Origin: Candidatus Thalassarchaeum betae
Lineage (GTDB): Archaea > Thermoplasmatota > Poseidoniia > Poseidoniales > Thalassarchaeaceae
Direction: 5' to 3' (one strand)
DNA: 64,000 nucleotides
NCBI RefSeq assembly: GCF_022448665.1
Contig: NZ_JAKUUO010000004.1
The position numbers and the translations under genes were made by a program. Under the pieces are notes generated by a model. It saw only the letters and a list, made by a program, of their open reading frames with translations, did not search any database and was not told the DNA's origin. Shown in pieces: positions 27,549-37,075 of the stretch. The stretch's first letter is position 1. Every line of letters begins with the position of its first letter.

Positions 27549-29547
27549 GCATGCTCTTACAGTTGGGGCATTCCAGCCTCAGGGGGCGTACGTCAGACTC
27601 CACAGGCACAGAGGTGCCACAGGCTGGGCAATCTATGTGTGGGCCCCCCTTGCGCTTGCTAATCAGTTGCATAGTCTCCTGTTTCGGAGAGACCAGAGCA
27701 ACGGGGAACACCAGCAGCACGGAAGACAAAACCACACCGAGCACTATCGGCATCGGAAGTCCGAGAACATAGATCACCAAGGCCAGACCACCTAGGGCGA
27801 CTACGGTGACCAAGGCGGGCACACTCGCCCTCTTCTTCGTCAGGGACATACCAAGTCCTAGGGAGACAGAGAGTATCAAGACACAGAACATCGCACCGAA
27901 CAGAGAGCTGAACATGGTGTTACCTGAAGGTTGGAACTCCAGTCTGAAATCCAACTCCGGATCGAGTTCTGGCTGGTCGATGGTGATCACCTCGACAATT
28001 AACCATCGCCGGTGAGAATACTCGATTTCATCGGCAGAGACGGCACCTAGGTCCTCCAGCATGGTGGCTCTGATTTCCGCATCCAGATCAACTTCGGTCC
28101 AGTACTCCTCAAGCGAGGAGCGCACGAAGGTCTCGACCAGAACCTGTCTCTCACCGCTTTCGGTGCTGTAGGAAGTGTCGATGACGATAGTTATGGCATC
28201 GGCGCTGAATGCCCTCGTGCCGCCCATGTCGATGATTATCTCGGTCGGCCCGAGGTCGATTGGATTGACCCCGACAATCGCCTCGACCTCGAGTGAGAGG
28301 CCGTTAGACAAGAATGAGCGCATGTTAGATGCGGAACCGGTAAGGTGTCCCTGCAGCGCGAGGAGTTCGGAATCATCGACCCTGCCGTTGTGCTTGTCCG
28401 CAGATGGTACCGAGTCGGAGTACGAGTTCAGGTTGCGCCACCAACTGTTGGAACTGAGACTCTGATTGCCGATGTTGTCCAGACCCCAGCGCATCCACTG
28501 CGACATCGCTCCGTCGAAACTGATTATGACCTCGCGGTCTATCTTGTATCCGTCCCACTTCGCCTCGATGTCGAGGTCCAGTGAGGAGCCGCCGGTTCGC
28601 AGTGGTTCGTTCGCCGGATACCAGCCTCCTGTGTTGCCGGTGTCCTCGCCGATGGTGATTTCATGGGTGCGACTGGTATCGATTCGTAATCCGCTCTGCG
28701 GTATGAGGTGGAAGTCGACACGTACATTGCCTCCTTCTGAGGTCTCCGGCACCTCCCAAACGAAAGTCACTTCAACCCCGTTGTCCAGTCCGGTCGCTAT
28801 CGGCATCTGGCTGACGTCGGCGTTCTGCACCGCAATACCTCCGGTCGAACCAGACCACATGCGGTCATCGAAGCCCGATGTGAGGACGATGGGGAAGTAG
28901 ACCAGCCGCCCGAGGACGCTCGCGTCCTTCATTTCGATGTCAACCAGCGGGAATCTCATCGAGACGTGGGCGTCGTGTTCCTCCGAGCCCCAGAAGAATC
29001 TGATTCCGGCTTCGTCTCCAGGCTGCGCGAACATCAGGCTTCGAACAGTCAGAGTGAGCTCAATCAAATCGCCGTCGCGCACCTCTCCCTGGTCGACTTC
29101 CACGGTGATCTGTAATTCACCAGAACCGGTAAGATACGGGTCGATACCGGAAGTGCCCTCGTAGAACGAGCCACCAATCTTCACCTCTAGGGTCGAGTTG
29201 ATGGTCACGCCGACGGCACCCTCGACATCATAGGGAATCCAAAAGTCCCAGCTGGCGTTGGGGTAACTGCCCTCAATGCCCCAGACCACGCCCCATGTGC
29301 CAATATTAATCTCGCCGAGGATGGAAGGGGTAACCAAGGTCGACTCGGAATCATCCACATCTTCCTCCAAGTCGCCCTCGAACGGCGAGAGCGTCCCGAC
29401 GTCAGCCTCGCCCATCAGGTAGAGGTTGAAGTCGGTGGAGTTGCAGCACGTAACCTCATCTTGAGCGACTACCGTCATTGGGGACATGCTCATGGCCAGC
29501 ATCAGCGCCACCAGAGCAAGGGCGCTGGGCCCGCGTCGATGCGACAT
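27532..29547 (-). CDS. Hypothetical membrane protein. Signal peptide, roughly 520-aa ectodomain, 3-4 C-terminal TM helices and a terminal zinc ribbon.
   Basis: N-terminus MSHRRGPSALALVALMLAMSMSPMTVVAQ. Hydrophobic stretches near the C-terminus. C-terminus IDCPACGTSV..LECPNCKSMLRVEE. Confidence 0.55.
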   Translation of the reverse strand: MSHRRGPSALALVALMLAMSMSPMTVVAQDEVTCCNSTDFNLYLMGEADVGTLSPFEGDLEEDVDDSESTLVTPSILGEINIGTWGVVWGIEGSYPNASWDFWIPYDVEGAVGVTINSTLEVKIGGSFYEGTSGIDPYLTGSGELQITVEVDQGEVRDGDLIELTLTVRSLMFAQPGDEAGIRFFWGSEEHDAHVSMRFPLVDIEMKDASVLGRLVYFPIVLTSGFDDRMWSGSTGGIAVQNADVSQMPIATGLDNGVEVTFVWEVPETSEGGNVRVDFHLIPQSGLRIDTSRTHEITIGEDTGNTGGWYPANEPLRTGGSSLDLDIEAKWDGYKIDREVIISFDGAMSQWMRWGLDNIGNQSLSSNSWWRNLNSYSDSVPSADKHNGRVDDSELLALQGHLTGSASNMRSFLSNGLSLEVEAIVGVNPIDLGPTEIIIDMGGTRAFSADAITIVIDTSYSTESGERQVLVETFVRSSLEEYWTEVDLDAEIRATMLEDLGAVSADEIEYSHRRWLIVEVITIDQPELDPELDFRLEFQPSGNTMFSSLFGAMFCVLILSVSLGLGMSLTKKRASVPALVTVVALGGLALVIYVLGLPMPIVLGVVLSSVLLVFPVALVSPKQETMQLISKRKGGPHIDCPACGTSVPVESDVRPLRLECPNCKSMLRVEE

Positions 29548-29643
29548 CAGTCCCTGTGGCCGGCCAGTCTCCCTTGAATCCGCCGCCTCACGGGACCACC
29601 CTCGCGCGGTTCGCGTGGGCGGCGCCGTAGGCGCCGAACTGGC

Positions 29644-31371
29644 CTATCTATGCAGCCAAAGAAGGCTTGCAGGGCCGTTTTCAGGAAGTTCCTCGAGTTT
29701 AGCGAAACCGACCCTTTCGAGTTGGTAGACCTTTCCGACTTCCAACTCAAAGTCCTCTAGCAGGCCGCTCTCGGAGATTATGCTACCATCCTCAGGTCGA
29801 TGCAGTTTGGCTTCACGTCCCATCTCAAGGGGCAGCCAATGTACTACAGGCCGGTCGTCCGACCTGCCATAAGACTCGACCGCGGCTGACTCTCCGGACA
29901 CCGTGATGTCCGCATACTCCTTCAGTCGGATGCTGCCGACCGCGGCATCAGCGGCCTGGACAGCAACTGAATCTCCCAAGTTCCATTCACGGAAGCCCTC
30001 AACAGTGCCGCCGGGGTGCTTCTGGACGGAAATCCGCGAGCCCGGATTGTCTGTGGCCAAGTTGCTGTCTAAGGACAGGATCACCGGCTCACGGACGAAG
30101 CTGCGTCGCTCGGTCGAGGAGTCGATTCGCTTGGCGTTGAATGCCTCGATCGTCTGCATAGAGATCGAGATGTCCTTCTGGGTCAATCCGAGATCAATCC
30201 AGAAGTCCCGGAGCGATTGCGCCCTGAAACCTCTCCTCCTAAGCGCCCGAAGAGTAGGCAGGCGGGTATCGCCCCAGCCAGAGTGCTCTCCGGCTTCTAT
30301 CGAGGCGCGCATACCAGAAGTGGAGAATCCGCCGAACTCGTGGACTTTTACACGCCCCCAGTACAGCGGTTCTGGATACGTCCATCCGAAGTGTTCGTAG
30401 AGCAGAGTCTGCTTGCGCGTGCTGTCCATCAAATCCTTGCCCCTGACGATGTGTGTGATCCCCTGCTCATGGTCCTCGATGGCGCTCTGAAAGTCGAGCA
30501 GCGGCCACACCTTGTAGCGATCACCGACCATCGGGTGAGGGGCGTGCTGAATCCTCAGGGCAGGCCAGTCGCGCAGAGCCGGGTTAGGCAGAGTCATTTC
30601 CGTCCTCACCCTGACCACTGCATCGCCCTCCTCCATCTCTCCGGCGTTCATCGCCTTCCAGTCGGACAGGCTCTCAGTGGCATCCTTACCTCTGCAGGGG
30701 CAGTCCTGCTTGTCCTCGCGCAGATTCCTGAACGACACCGAACTACAGCGGCATACATAGCCGAATCCTCCGGCGATCATCCGCTCTGCATGCTCAAGGT
30801 AGACCGGCATCCTATCACTGGCGCGGATAACGATGTCGGCAGGGTTTCCTGCCAGCCATTCGTACTCGTCAGCGATCCAGTCGTAGGCATCAGGAATCGG
30901 CGGCTTGACCTTGGTGTCGGTGTCATCGAAGCGTAGCACCACTTTGCCATCGTACACCCTCGCGTACTCGGAGTTGATTGCAACGCCTCTGGAATGCCCC
31001 AGTGTCAGTGGCCCGTTGGGGTTGGGTGCGAATCTCAGGACGACGCCTTGGGAAGTGTCGCCGGGCAATTCCCTCAACCCCACGGCCTTCTGATGCTTCT
31101 CACGTTTGAGCGCCTCTGGAGCAGCCTGCTCGAGCTCGGCTCGCACAGCACCCACCCCCTGGTTTGCCGCTAGTGAGTTTGCAGCAGCTACCTCGGCATC
31201 TACTAGAGGCATTAGATCGCCAGCCATCTGACGCAAATCCCCGCGCTCAGAAAGCAGTCTACCTAGCACGCTGTTGGATCGTCCCTCGCCGCCGTACTCA
31301 ACCGCGTTCTGCAGAGCGTACTTGCGCACGGTCGAGACGATATCGGGGTCCCAATCGGCAGAATCGGCCAT
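29644..31371 (-). CDS. gltX: Glutamyl-tRNA synthetase (class I, archaeal/eukaryal type)
   Basis: HIGH-region VVLRFAPNPNGPLTLGHSRG. The ORF track extends to 31530, but that Arg/Ser-rich extension overlaps rnhB, so the internal Met (MADSADW..) at 31371 is preferred. Confidence 0.8.
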   Translation of the reverse strand: MADSADWDPDIVSTVRKYALQNAVEYGGEGRSNSVLGRLLSERGDLRQMAGDLMPLVDAEVAAANSLAANQGVGAVRAELEQAAPEALKREKHQKAVGLRELPGDTSQGVVLRFAPNPNGPLTLGHSRGVAINSEYARVYDGKVVLRFDDTDTKVKPPIPDAYDWIADEYEWLAGNPADIVIRASDRMPVYLEHAERMIAGGFGYVCRCSSVSFRNLREDKQDCPCRGKDATESLSDWKAMNAGEMEEGDAVVRVRTEMTLPNPALRDWPALRIQHAPHPMVGDRYKVWPLLDFQSAIEDHEQGITHIVRGKDLMDSTRKQTLLYEHFGWTYPEPLYWGRVKVHEFGGFSTSGMRASIEAGEHSGWGDTRLPTLRALRRRGFRAQSLRDFWIDLGLTQKDISISMQTIEAFNAKRIDSSTERRSFVREPVILSLDSNLATDNPGSRISVQKHPGGTVEGFREWNLGDSVAVQAADAAVGSIRLKEYADITVSGESAAVESYGRSDDRPVVHWLPLEMGREAKLHRPEDGSIISESGLLEDFELEVGKVYQLERVGFAKLEELPENGPASLLWLHR

Positions 31372-31403
31372 GATATCCGTAGAGACCGCCGAAAAGCAGC
31401 ATT

Positions 31404-32153
31404 TCACGCTTCGCGTGCTGACCACTCGTCGAGCGACGATTGAACGGTGGCTGCCTCGTCGGCGGACCTCACTGGAACTGGACCTCCGTGGACCTCTTGC
31501 CACGCATCCGAGACTGTGGACCAGCTCCACCGCAGACAGTCGTGCGGCAACCCACCGGAGACCAGTTCTCGGACGGCCTGACGGGTAATCCGGTCAGATG
31601 GGTATCCCGAGCCGAGCCGAATCCCCAGTTCCGACTCCAGTCGGGCTACTTCGGCGTCGCGCTCGATCTTGGCTAGTATGCTCGCAGCCCCGGCTACCCT
31701 GTCGTCAGCATCCATGCCGTGGCGCGCGACCATCTGCCACGAGGACCAGCCATCTCCGAGTCGAGAGGCCAGCCTCCTTGCGAAGCGCTCTTCGTCGACA
31801 TCGCAAGCATCGGCCATGATCCTTCCCTCGCCCTCTCGTGGTGAGGCTGCTTCTATGGCCTCGCCGAAGAGCTCTATCTCGAGACTGTTTAAGTCTGAGG
31901 AGATACTGTTTGAATCGATCCTGCTGGCCTCGCAGACCACGAGGCCGATTCCCCACCCGCGGGTTGCGGCTTCTACGCGAATGCGCTTAGCCACGTCTTC
32001 CCTGCGTTGGCTGCTGAGATCCTTGGAATCCCGCGCGCCGATGCTCTCCAAGACTCCCCTGTCCCCTTCAGGTATGCAAACGGCGCAGACCACCATCGGG
32101 CCGATGACCGGGCCTCTGCCCGCCTCGTCCACTCCCGTGCACAGCGCGCTCAC
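31404..32153 (-). CDS. rnhB: Ribonuclease HII
   Basis: GVDEAGRGPVIGPMVV near the N-terminus and ..ARDSKDLS.. motifs. Confidence 0.85.
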   Translation of the reverse strand: MSALCTGVDEAGRGPVIGPMVVCAVCIPEGDRGVLESIGARDSKDLSSQRREDVAKRIRVEAATRGWGIGLVVCEASRIDSNSISSDLNSLEIELFGEAIEAASPREGEGRIMADACDVDEERFARRLASRLGDGWSSWQMVARHGMDADDRVAGAASILAKIERDAEVARLESELGIRLGSGYPSDRITRQAVRELVSGGLPHDCLRWSWSTVSDAWQEVHGGPVPVRSADEAATVQSSLDEWSAREA

Positions 32154-35014
32154 AGTTCCAATTCGAAGTCCGACGGACCATCATCATCTCTGTGCTTCTT
32201 GGGCACTACCTTGCGAGTCTCGGTTTCTGCGGGGTCGAGCATCACGTTGCTGGGGTGCGGCAGATCTCCCTCTACCATCTCCTCTGCCAGCTCTATGGCC
32301 GCGTCTATCGCATCCTCTGTCTGGTGCTTGTCCAGCACATCACTGGCGGAATCCACCACCTCCTTGTCCGGTCCGATACGAGGCTTCTCCGACGGACCTC
32401 CAGACTTCTCCAAGAACTCTGCAGCGAAGCCCTCCGCCTCCACCTGTGGGCTGTCTACTATCTCGGGCTGCTTCTCGCCGCCTTCCTCGAACTTGGACAT
32501 CCAGTCCTCGGCCTTCTCCTCCGCAGGAGGAGCCGGCCCCCTCAAGGCTAGGTCGCGCTCCTTCCTGATCCGTATTGCTATGACGACCCCGATGCTACCA
32601 GCGATGACCACGACGGCAATCAGGATGAATTCGTGCCATACCTCAAGCCAGCCAATCAGCACCCCCTTCCAGGCGCCTTCCGTAGTCTTTAGCGGAGGCA
32701 CATAGGTAGCAGGGACCAGTGCTGAGTCCTCAGCGGTGAACGAGATGTCGGGCTCGCGCATTGAGCGCACCTCCACCGTCAGCACGACGGTAGTCTCCAC
32801 GGGAGCCTCCAGTGGCACAACCATCCAGGCACTGAAATTCACCGATCCGCCTGCGGGCACGTCCAGTATCTCAAAGGAGCGGGGGGAGCTGGATTCGGTA
32901 CCAGTAGAAGCCCCCTCGGGAGGAATCAAGCCGAACTCTGTAGCCAGATTGACATCCAGATTGACCACTAGGCCATCCGGCTCGTTGCCGGCATTAGTAA
33001 GGGTCCAGTAGGAGGTCAGGTTGTTGTCCTCTCCGAGTTCCGAGGACACCCTCTCGACCAACCAGTTGTACATCTCGCCTACTGATATCTCCAATTCCAC
33101 TTGATTCGGGGACCAGTCATCCAACCACAATCCGATGACTAATCCCCCGACTAGGTCGGCAGGAGTCCCGTTTGCTATCGCGCAAGAGAGGACTATGCCG
33201 CTCATCGACTGACCCGGGCCCAGGGTGATTTGCGAATGCGCCAATTCGACAGAGAGCCATTCAGGAGTATGGCCGATTACCAAATCGAAAGTCGACGACA
33301 CGTCTCCGGTGTTCTGCACACGCAGAGAGCCATGACAAGTTCCTCCAGGGAGGATGTCACCGGTACACCCGTTTTCGACGAGAGTAAGCACACCGCCAGT
33401 GCGCGGGATGATACTCACCCTCTGAGATACGGTGGAGACCTCCTCCGGGGCCGCAGTGCTCCACACTCGGATGTCGAAGAACAGTGTCCCGGGGTAATGA
33501 TTGGGAGACTGGACCTGCAGATGGACCTCGCCAGACCCATTCGGTGACATCGCGGCCAACTGTGCCTTGTTCAGCACGATTGCCGCCCACCCGCCATCGG
33601 AGAATGCCATTCCTGCAATGCCGGTCTGGGAGCCGTTCTCATCTGTCTGCGCGATTTGGATTTCCAGGTCGCGCACCGAGTTGCCGAGGTTCCTCGCTGT
33701 CACAAACAGGTCAATCACCTCGCTAGGTGGGAGTGAGGCATTGCCGCCGCCCTCAACAATAGTGGCAGCGTGGTAGAAACCGTACTCCAGAGAGAAGTTA
33801 TACCAATCACGCATACCATCGGAGACCGTGGTCAGTCGCATGCTGAATCCATGAAGAGATTCGGCTAGCGGATAGCCCTCTGAGACCCCCGGCGCAGTGA
33901 TGGAGAACCCCACCCACTGGGCGGTATCGGAGGGGGCATCGTAGGTGTGGCCGACCTCAGGAGGCTCGGAGTTCGACCACTCAATCGACCAACCCTCGGG
34001 ACCGCTGATATCAACGAGCGCTGTGTCGTCGACCTCGGCGTGGTTGGTGAAATTGAAATTGAGTCCGATGGTCTTGCCTGGATCGATGTCGAAGACCGAA
34101 CCCGAATCCGGACCGAATTCGATGCCCGGGGGTTCGATTTCGAATGGGTAAAGGTAGTCAGCAGTCTCATTGAACACAGTTGCAGCAGCGGTTTCCTGCA
34201 ATTCGAGCGCTCTTGAGGGGGAGATCTGCCCGGGATAGGTGCGTCCTACCGGCGATTCACCTGTGATTACAGCGTGGAAAACGCATGCGGAGAGGTATGT
34301 CCCATCTATCGATGGATGCGAACCGTCGCTAGAATACAGAGTTGAGAATGGAGTCGAACCAGCGCTTGGATCCGCTCCCGTATTGGCGATTGCGTCGTAC
34401 AGATGCTTGTACGCCAAACCTACCGGTGCGATGAAGGCGGGTTCCGATTGCGTAGTGATATTCTCAAGATACATCTCGTACCCCTGCTGCAAATGAAGTT
34501 GCATCGTAGGATAATCCGGGTTTCGCCACTGATTGTTCGAATCACCATCCTTGTAACCCCATGTCATGAACAGAATCGTATTTCCACCGGAGCTCAGGGC
34601 ACGCTGATTAAGGTAAATAGCAGCGTCCCGGCTATCCTGCCAGTATTCGGAGTTTGTTGGGAATGAAGGGACCTGACTCTGGTCTTGAAGAATCACGAAA
34701 TCGTTCGGCTCATTGAGTGAGAAATTCCACTGATTGCCACTTTCCCTCGCCCGGCCTTCGTGTTCGTAGAGTTTCAATCCTCCACCGGTCAATGCGGAGA
34801 CTTCGGCATTCTCCCCGCCATCGGTGAGGATGCTATCGAGTTTTGAAGCGAGATCGTTCTGACTGGTATACGAATTGCCGAGCATCAGCACATCAAGAGC
34901 ACTCGTTTTAGGGGGGGAACTCGCATCTCCAATCGGTGAATCCAAGGTGCTCGGCGAATGGTTGGACGCAATCAGTAAGAAAATGAGAATCATGGCGAGC
35001 CGACGCTCATTCAT
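32150..35014 (-). CDS. Giant (954 aa) surface protein. Signal peptide, large ectodomain, one TM helix and a roughly 180-aa acidic cytoplasmic tail. Its stop overlaps the rnhB start.
   Basis: N-terminus MNERRLAMILIFLLIASNHSPST. TM FILIAVVVIAGSIGVVIAIRI followed by the acidic tail (..AEEKAEDWMSKFEEGGEKQPEIVD..DFELEL). ATGA overlap with rnhB at 32150..32153. Confidence 0.7.
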   Translation of the reverse strand: MNERRLAMILIFLLIASNHSPSTLDSPIGDASSPPKTSALDVLMLGNSYTSQNDLASKLDSILTDGGENAEVSALTGGGLKLYEHEGRARESGNQWNFSLNEPNDFVILQDQSQVPSFPTNSEYWQDSRDAAIYLNQRALSSGGNTILFMTWGYKDGDSNNQWRNPDYPTMQLHLQQGYEMYLENITTQSEPAFIAPVGLAYKHLYDAIANTGADPSAGSTPFSTLYSSDGSHPSIDGTYLSACVFHAVITGESPVGRTYPGQISPSRALELQETAAATVFNETADYLYPFEIEPPGIEFGPDSGSVFDIDPGKTIGLNFNFTNHAEVDDTALVDISGPEGWSIEWSNSEPPEVGHTYDAPSDTAQWVGFSITAPGVSEGYPLAESLHGFSMRLTTVSDGMRDWYNFSLEYGFYHAATIVEGGGNASLPPSEVIDLFVTARNLGNSVRDLEIQIAQTDENGSQTGIAGMAFSDGGWAAIVLNKAQLAAMSPNGSGEVHLQVQSPNHYPGTLFFDIRVWSTAAPEEVSTVSQRVSIIPRTGGVLTLVENGCTGDILPGGTCHGSLRVQNTGDVSSTFDLVIGHTPEWLSVELAHSQITLGPGQSMSGIVLSCAIANGTPADLVGGLVIGLWLDDWSPNQVELEISVGEMYNWLVERVSSELGEDNNLTSYWTLTNAGNEPDGLVVNLDVNLATEFGLIPPEGASTGTESSSPRSFEILDVPAGGSVNFSAWMVVPLEAPVETTVVLTVEVRSMREPDISFTAEDSALVPATYVPPLKTTEGAWKGVLIGWLEVWHEFILIAVVVIAGSIGVVIAIRIRKERDLALRGPAPPAEEKAEDWMSKFEEGGEKQPEIVDSPQVEAEGFAAEFLEKSGGPSEKPRIGPDKEVVDSASDVLDKHQTEDAIDAAIELAEEMVEGDLPHPSNVMLDPAETETRKVVPKKHRDDDGPSDFELEL

Positions 35015-35087
35015 GGGGTACTCTCGTCGTTCTCACTCTTTTATCCCTACTCTCCTTCGATAGTGAATCCTGCGAAGTGTTGATGGT

Positions 35088-35306
35088 GTGGGGTGCTGTT
35101 GCATGCACATGACACCGGTGTGGCCCTTCGGGAAGAAGGCGGCCGAAGCGCGTCAGGCAAAGCCCCCTAAGGCCAGGAAGGTCGTCGAGTACGAGAGGAA
35201 GGCGGACGACTCGTCCATGAAGACGATGACTAACCGTAGTCATCTCGACGACAAGGGCTTCAAGGACGCGATGGCGCTTCTTGGCGATAGTCCGAAGAAG
35301 AAGTAA
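35088..35306 (+). CDS. Small Lys-rich hypothetical protein (about 65-72 aa)
   Basis: Strongly GC3-biased frame (atg aca ccg gtg tgg ccc ttc ggg aag aag ..). No motif. Start ambiguous (MGCCCMHMTPV..). Confidence 0.35.
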   Translation: MGCCCMHMTPVWPFGKKAAEARQAKPPKARKVVEYERKADDSSMKTMTNRSHLDDKGFKDAMALLGDSPKKK

Positions 35307-35312
35307 ACGGGC

Positions 35313-37067
35313 TCAGAGTACTGGGTCCGGTATCAGCCGGCTTATGGCGTCGATGTCGAACTCCCCTGCTTGGATAGGCGACCTGAGTCCGAACTCGTGA
35401 CTCACTGCTGGATCGATCTCTCCGAACTGCCCAATCTCCTCGTTGGACACCATTGCCCTAGCCCCCCTGCCGCCTATCCAAGGCCCGTCTCGATGGTCGA
35501 CCGCTTCAAAGTGGATATCACCTGCCTCTGCTCCAATGTCCCTGAGGAGGGCTTGGGCGATTCCCTTGGCGGCGGTGAAGCCACCTCCGACCTCAGCGCA
35601 CGCCCACGCGACTCTCGTAGCGTTAGCCGAGTCGCGAACTACGGTTCCCAACTCGTACACCTTCTGAGGCAATTCATGGTGTCGGTTTGCTGCTAGCAGC
35701 CTCATCAGCGAAGGAAGCATGTACTGGCGCAGCATAGTGTGGTCGACGGTGATCGGGTTCGCGATAATCGACAAACCCCCTCCTTGCGGCCATCTGATAC
35801 GCTCGAACTGGTCCCTCTCGTTGGATAGCGTGAGGCTCTGAGTCTCTTGGATGCCAAGCGCCCTTAGGCTCGCCCTCACCCTGCGCCTCAAGTGGGATGA
35901 CTTCAGAGGGACAGCATCCAGATGCACAGTAGGTAGTTGTTCGGGCATGTTGTCGTAGCCGTATCCTATGGCGATGTCCTCGACGATATCGATGGGGTGC
36001 ATTATGTCGCTGCGCCATCGTGGCATCGCTACTACGTGTTCGCGCTCCCCGACGGCGCAGTCGGCCCATCTCTCCGCTGAGTTTACTCCGTCAGTGACTG
36101 TCCTGGACTCGACGAGCTGGCCACCCATCCTCGTCAGCGCGGCTGCGATTTCGTCAGATCCGAGGTCTAGGCCCAGCACCTTCTGTATCAGGCGATGCGG
36201 GATACGATGCTGACGTGCATCACCCCGGGGGGTGGAGGCAGTAATGCCGTCGTGACCGGTGACGCGAACACTCTGGACACTTCCTCCTCTCTCTGCAAGT
36301 GAGAGACAGACCAGCATCAGGCAGGCCTCGCAGGCCCTCTGGCTCCACCCAGTGACATCGATGAAGAAGTCGGTGGTCGTCTCGCTGACCGTGGTATGGT
36401 CACCGTTGATGATCGGCGGGAAGGAGAGTATGTCGTCATTGCAATCCAGAATCACCGGAAAGGAGTCCAACTCCTCCATGAGGTGGGCGTACTCCATCCC
36501 CTTGGGATGCTCGCCGAGAATCTGCTCAATACTCATCTCCTCAGTCATAGCCAGAGGCACGAAGGAGTGGGATGAAGGAACTGTGACCACCCTGAACGGC
36601 GCAACCAAGGTCGACAGGTCGTGAACCCCTATCGATGAGAACCTCCGCTTTCTGCCGAGAGTCAGATGCAACTTCTCTTGGTGGTCCATCAGAGACTGGA
36701 TGAACTCGCCCTTCTCCTCACTAGTTTCCCCGGTGTTCACCCCTCTCACGACAGCTGCGAGTATCACAGGCCTGACTTCGGCCAGCGACGCATCCACTGT
36801 CATCTCGATACCACTGTCTGAGACCTCCATAGAAGGATCCTCGACGACTGAGCCGAGAAACGAGCGAGCCGCTCTCGCCATCGTCTCGTGGCTGAGAAGA
36901 TCGGGACGGTCGGGAAAGACCTCGACCACAACGGTGCTATCGTCGTTGCTCTCCACAGGACACCCGATTGCTGGAAGCCAGTCGGACCACCCCGCTCCAT
37001 CGTGGCCAGCGCCGTTGGTCTCCTGTATGTATCTCAGGAGCGCGTGCTGGAGATTTAGAGTAGGCAT
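35313..37067 (-). CDS. pheT: Phenylalanyl-tRNA synthetase beta subunit (archaeal type)
   Basis: B3/4-domain signature ILSFPPIINGDHTTVSETTTDFFIDVTG. Length 584 aa. Confidence 0.8.
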   Translation of the reverse strand: MPTLNLQHALLRYIQETNGAGHDGAGWSDWLPAIGCPVESNDDSTVVVEVFPDRPDLLSHETMARAARSFLGSVVEDPSMEVSDSGIEMTVDASLAEVRPVILAAVVRGVNTGETSEEKGEFIQSLMDHQEKLHLTLGRKRRFSSIGVHDLSTLVAPFRVVTVPSSHSFVPLAMTEEMSIEQILGEHPKGMEYAHLMEELDSFPVILDCNDDILSFPPIINGDHTTVSETTTDFFIDVTGWSQRACEACLMLVCLSLAERGGSVQSVRVTGHDGITASTPRGDARQHRIPHRLIQKVLGLDLGSDEIAAALTRMGGQLVESRTVTDGVNSAERWADCAVGEREHVVAMPRWRSDIMHPIDIVEDIAIGYGYDNMPEQLPTVHLDAVPLKSSHLRRRVRASLRALGIQETQSLTLSNERDQFERIRWPQGGGLSIIANPITVDHTMLRQYMLPSLMRLLAANRHHELPQKVYELGTVVRDSANATRVAWACAEVGGGFTAAKGIAQALLRDIGAEAGDIHFEAVDHRDGPWIGGRGARAMVSNEEIGQFGEIDPAVSHEFGLRSPIQAGEFDIDAISRLIPDPVL

Positions 37068-37075
37068 TTCTCACC

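Noticed and set aside
31372-31530. N-terminal 53-aa extension of gltX (RGPRRSSSSEVRRRGSHRS..)
   Set aside because: It would overlap rnhB by more than 120 nt, and its composition is non-protein-like. The internal Met at 31371 is used.
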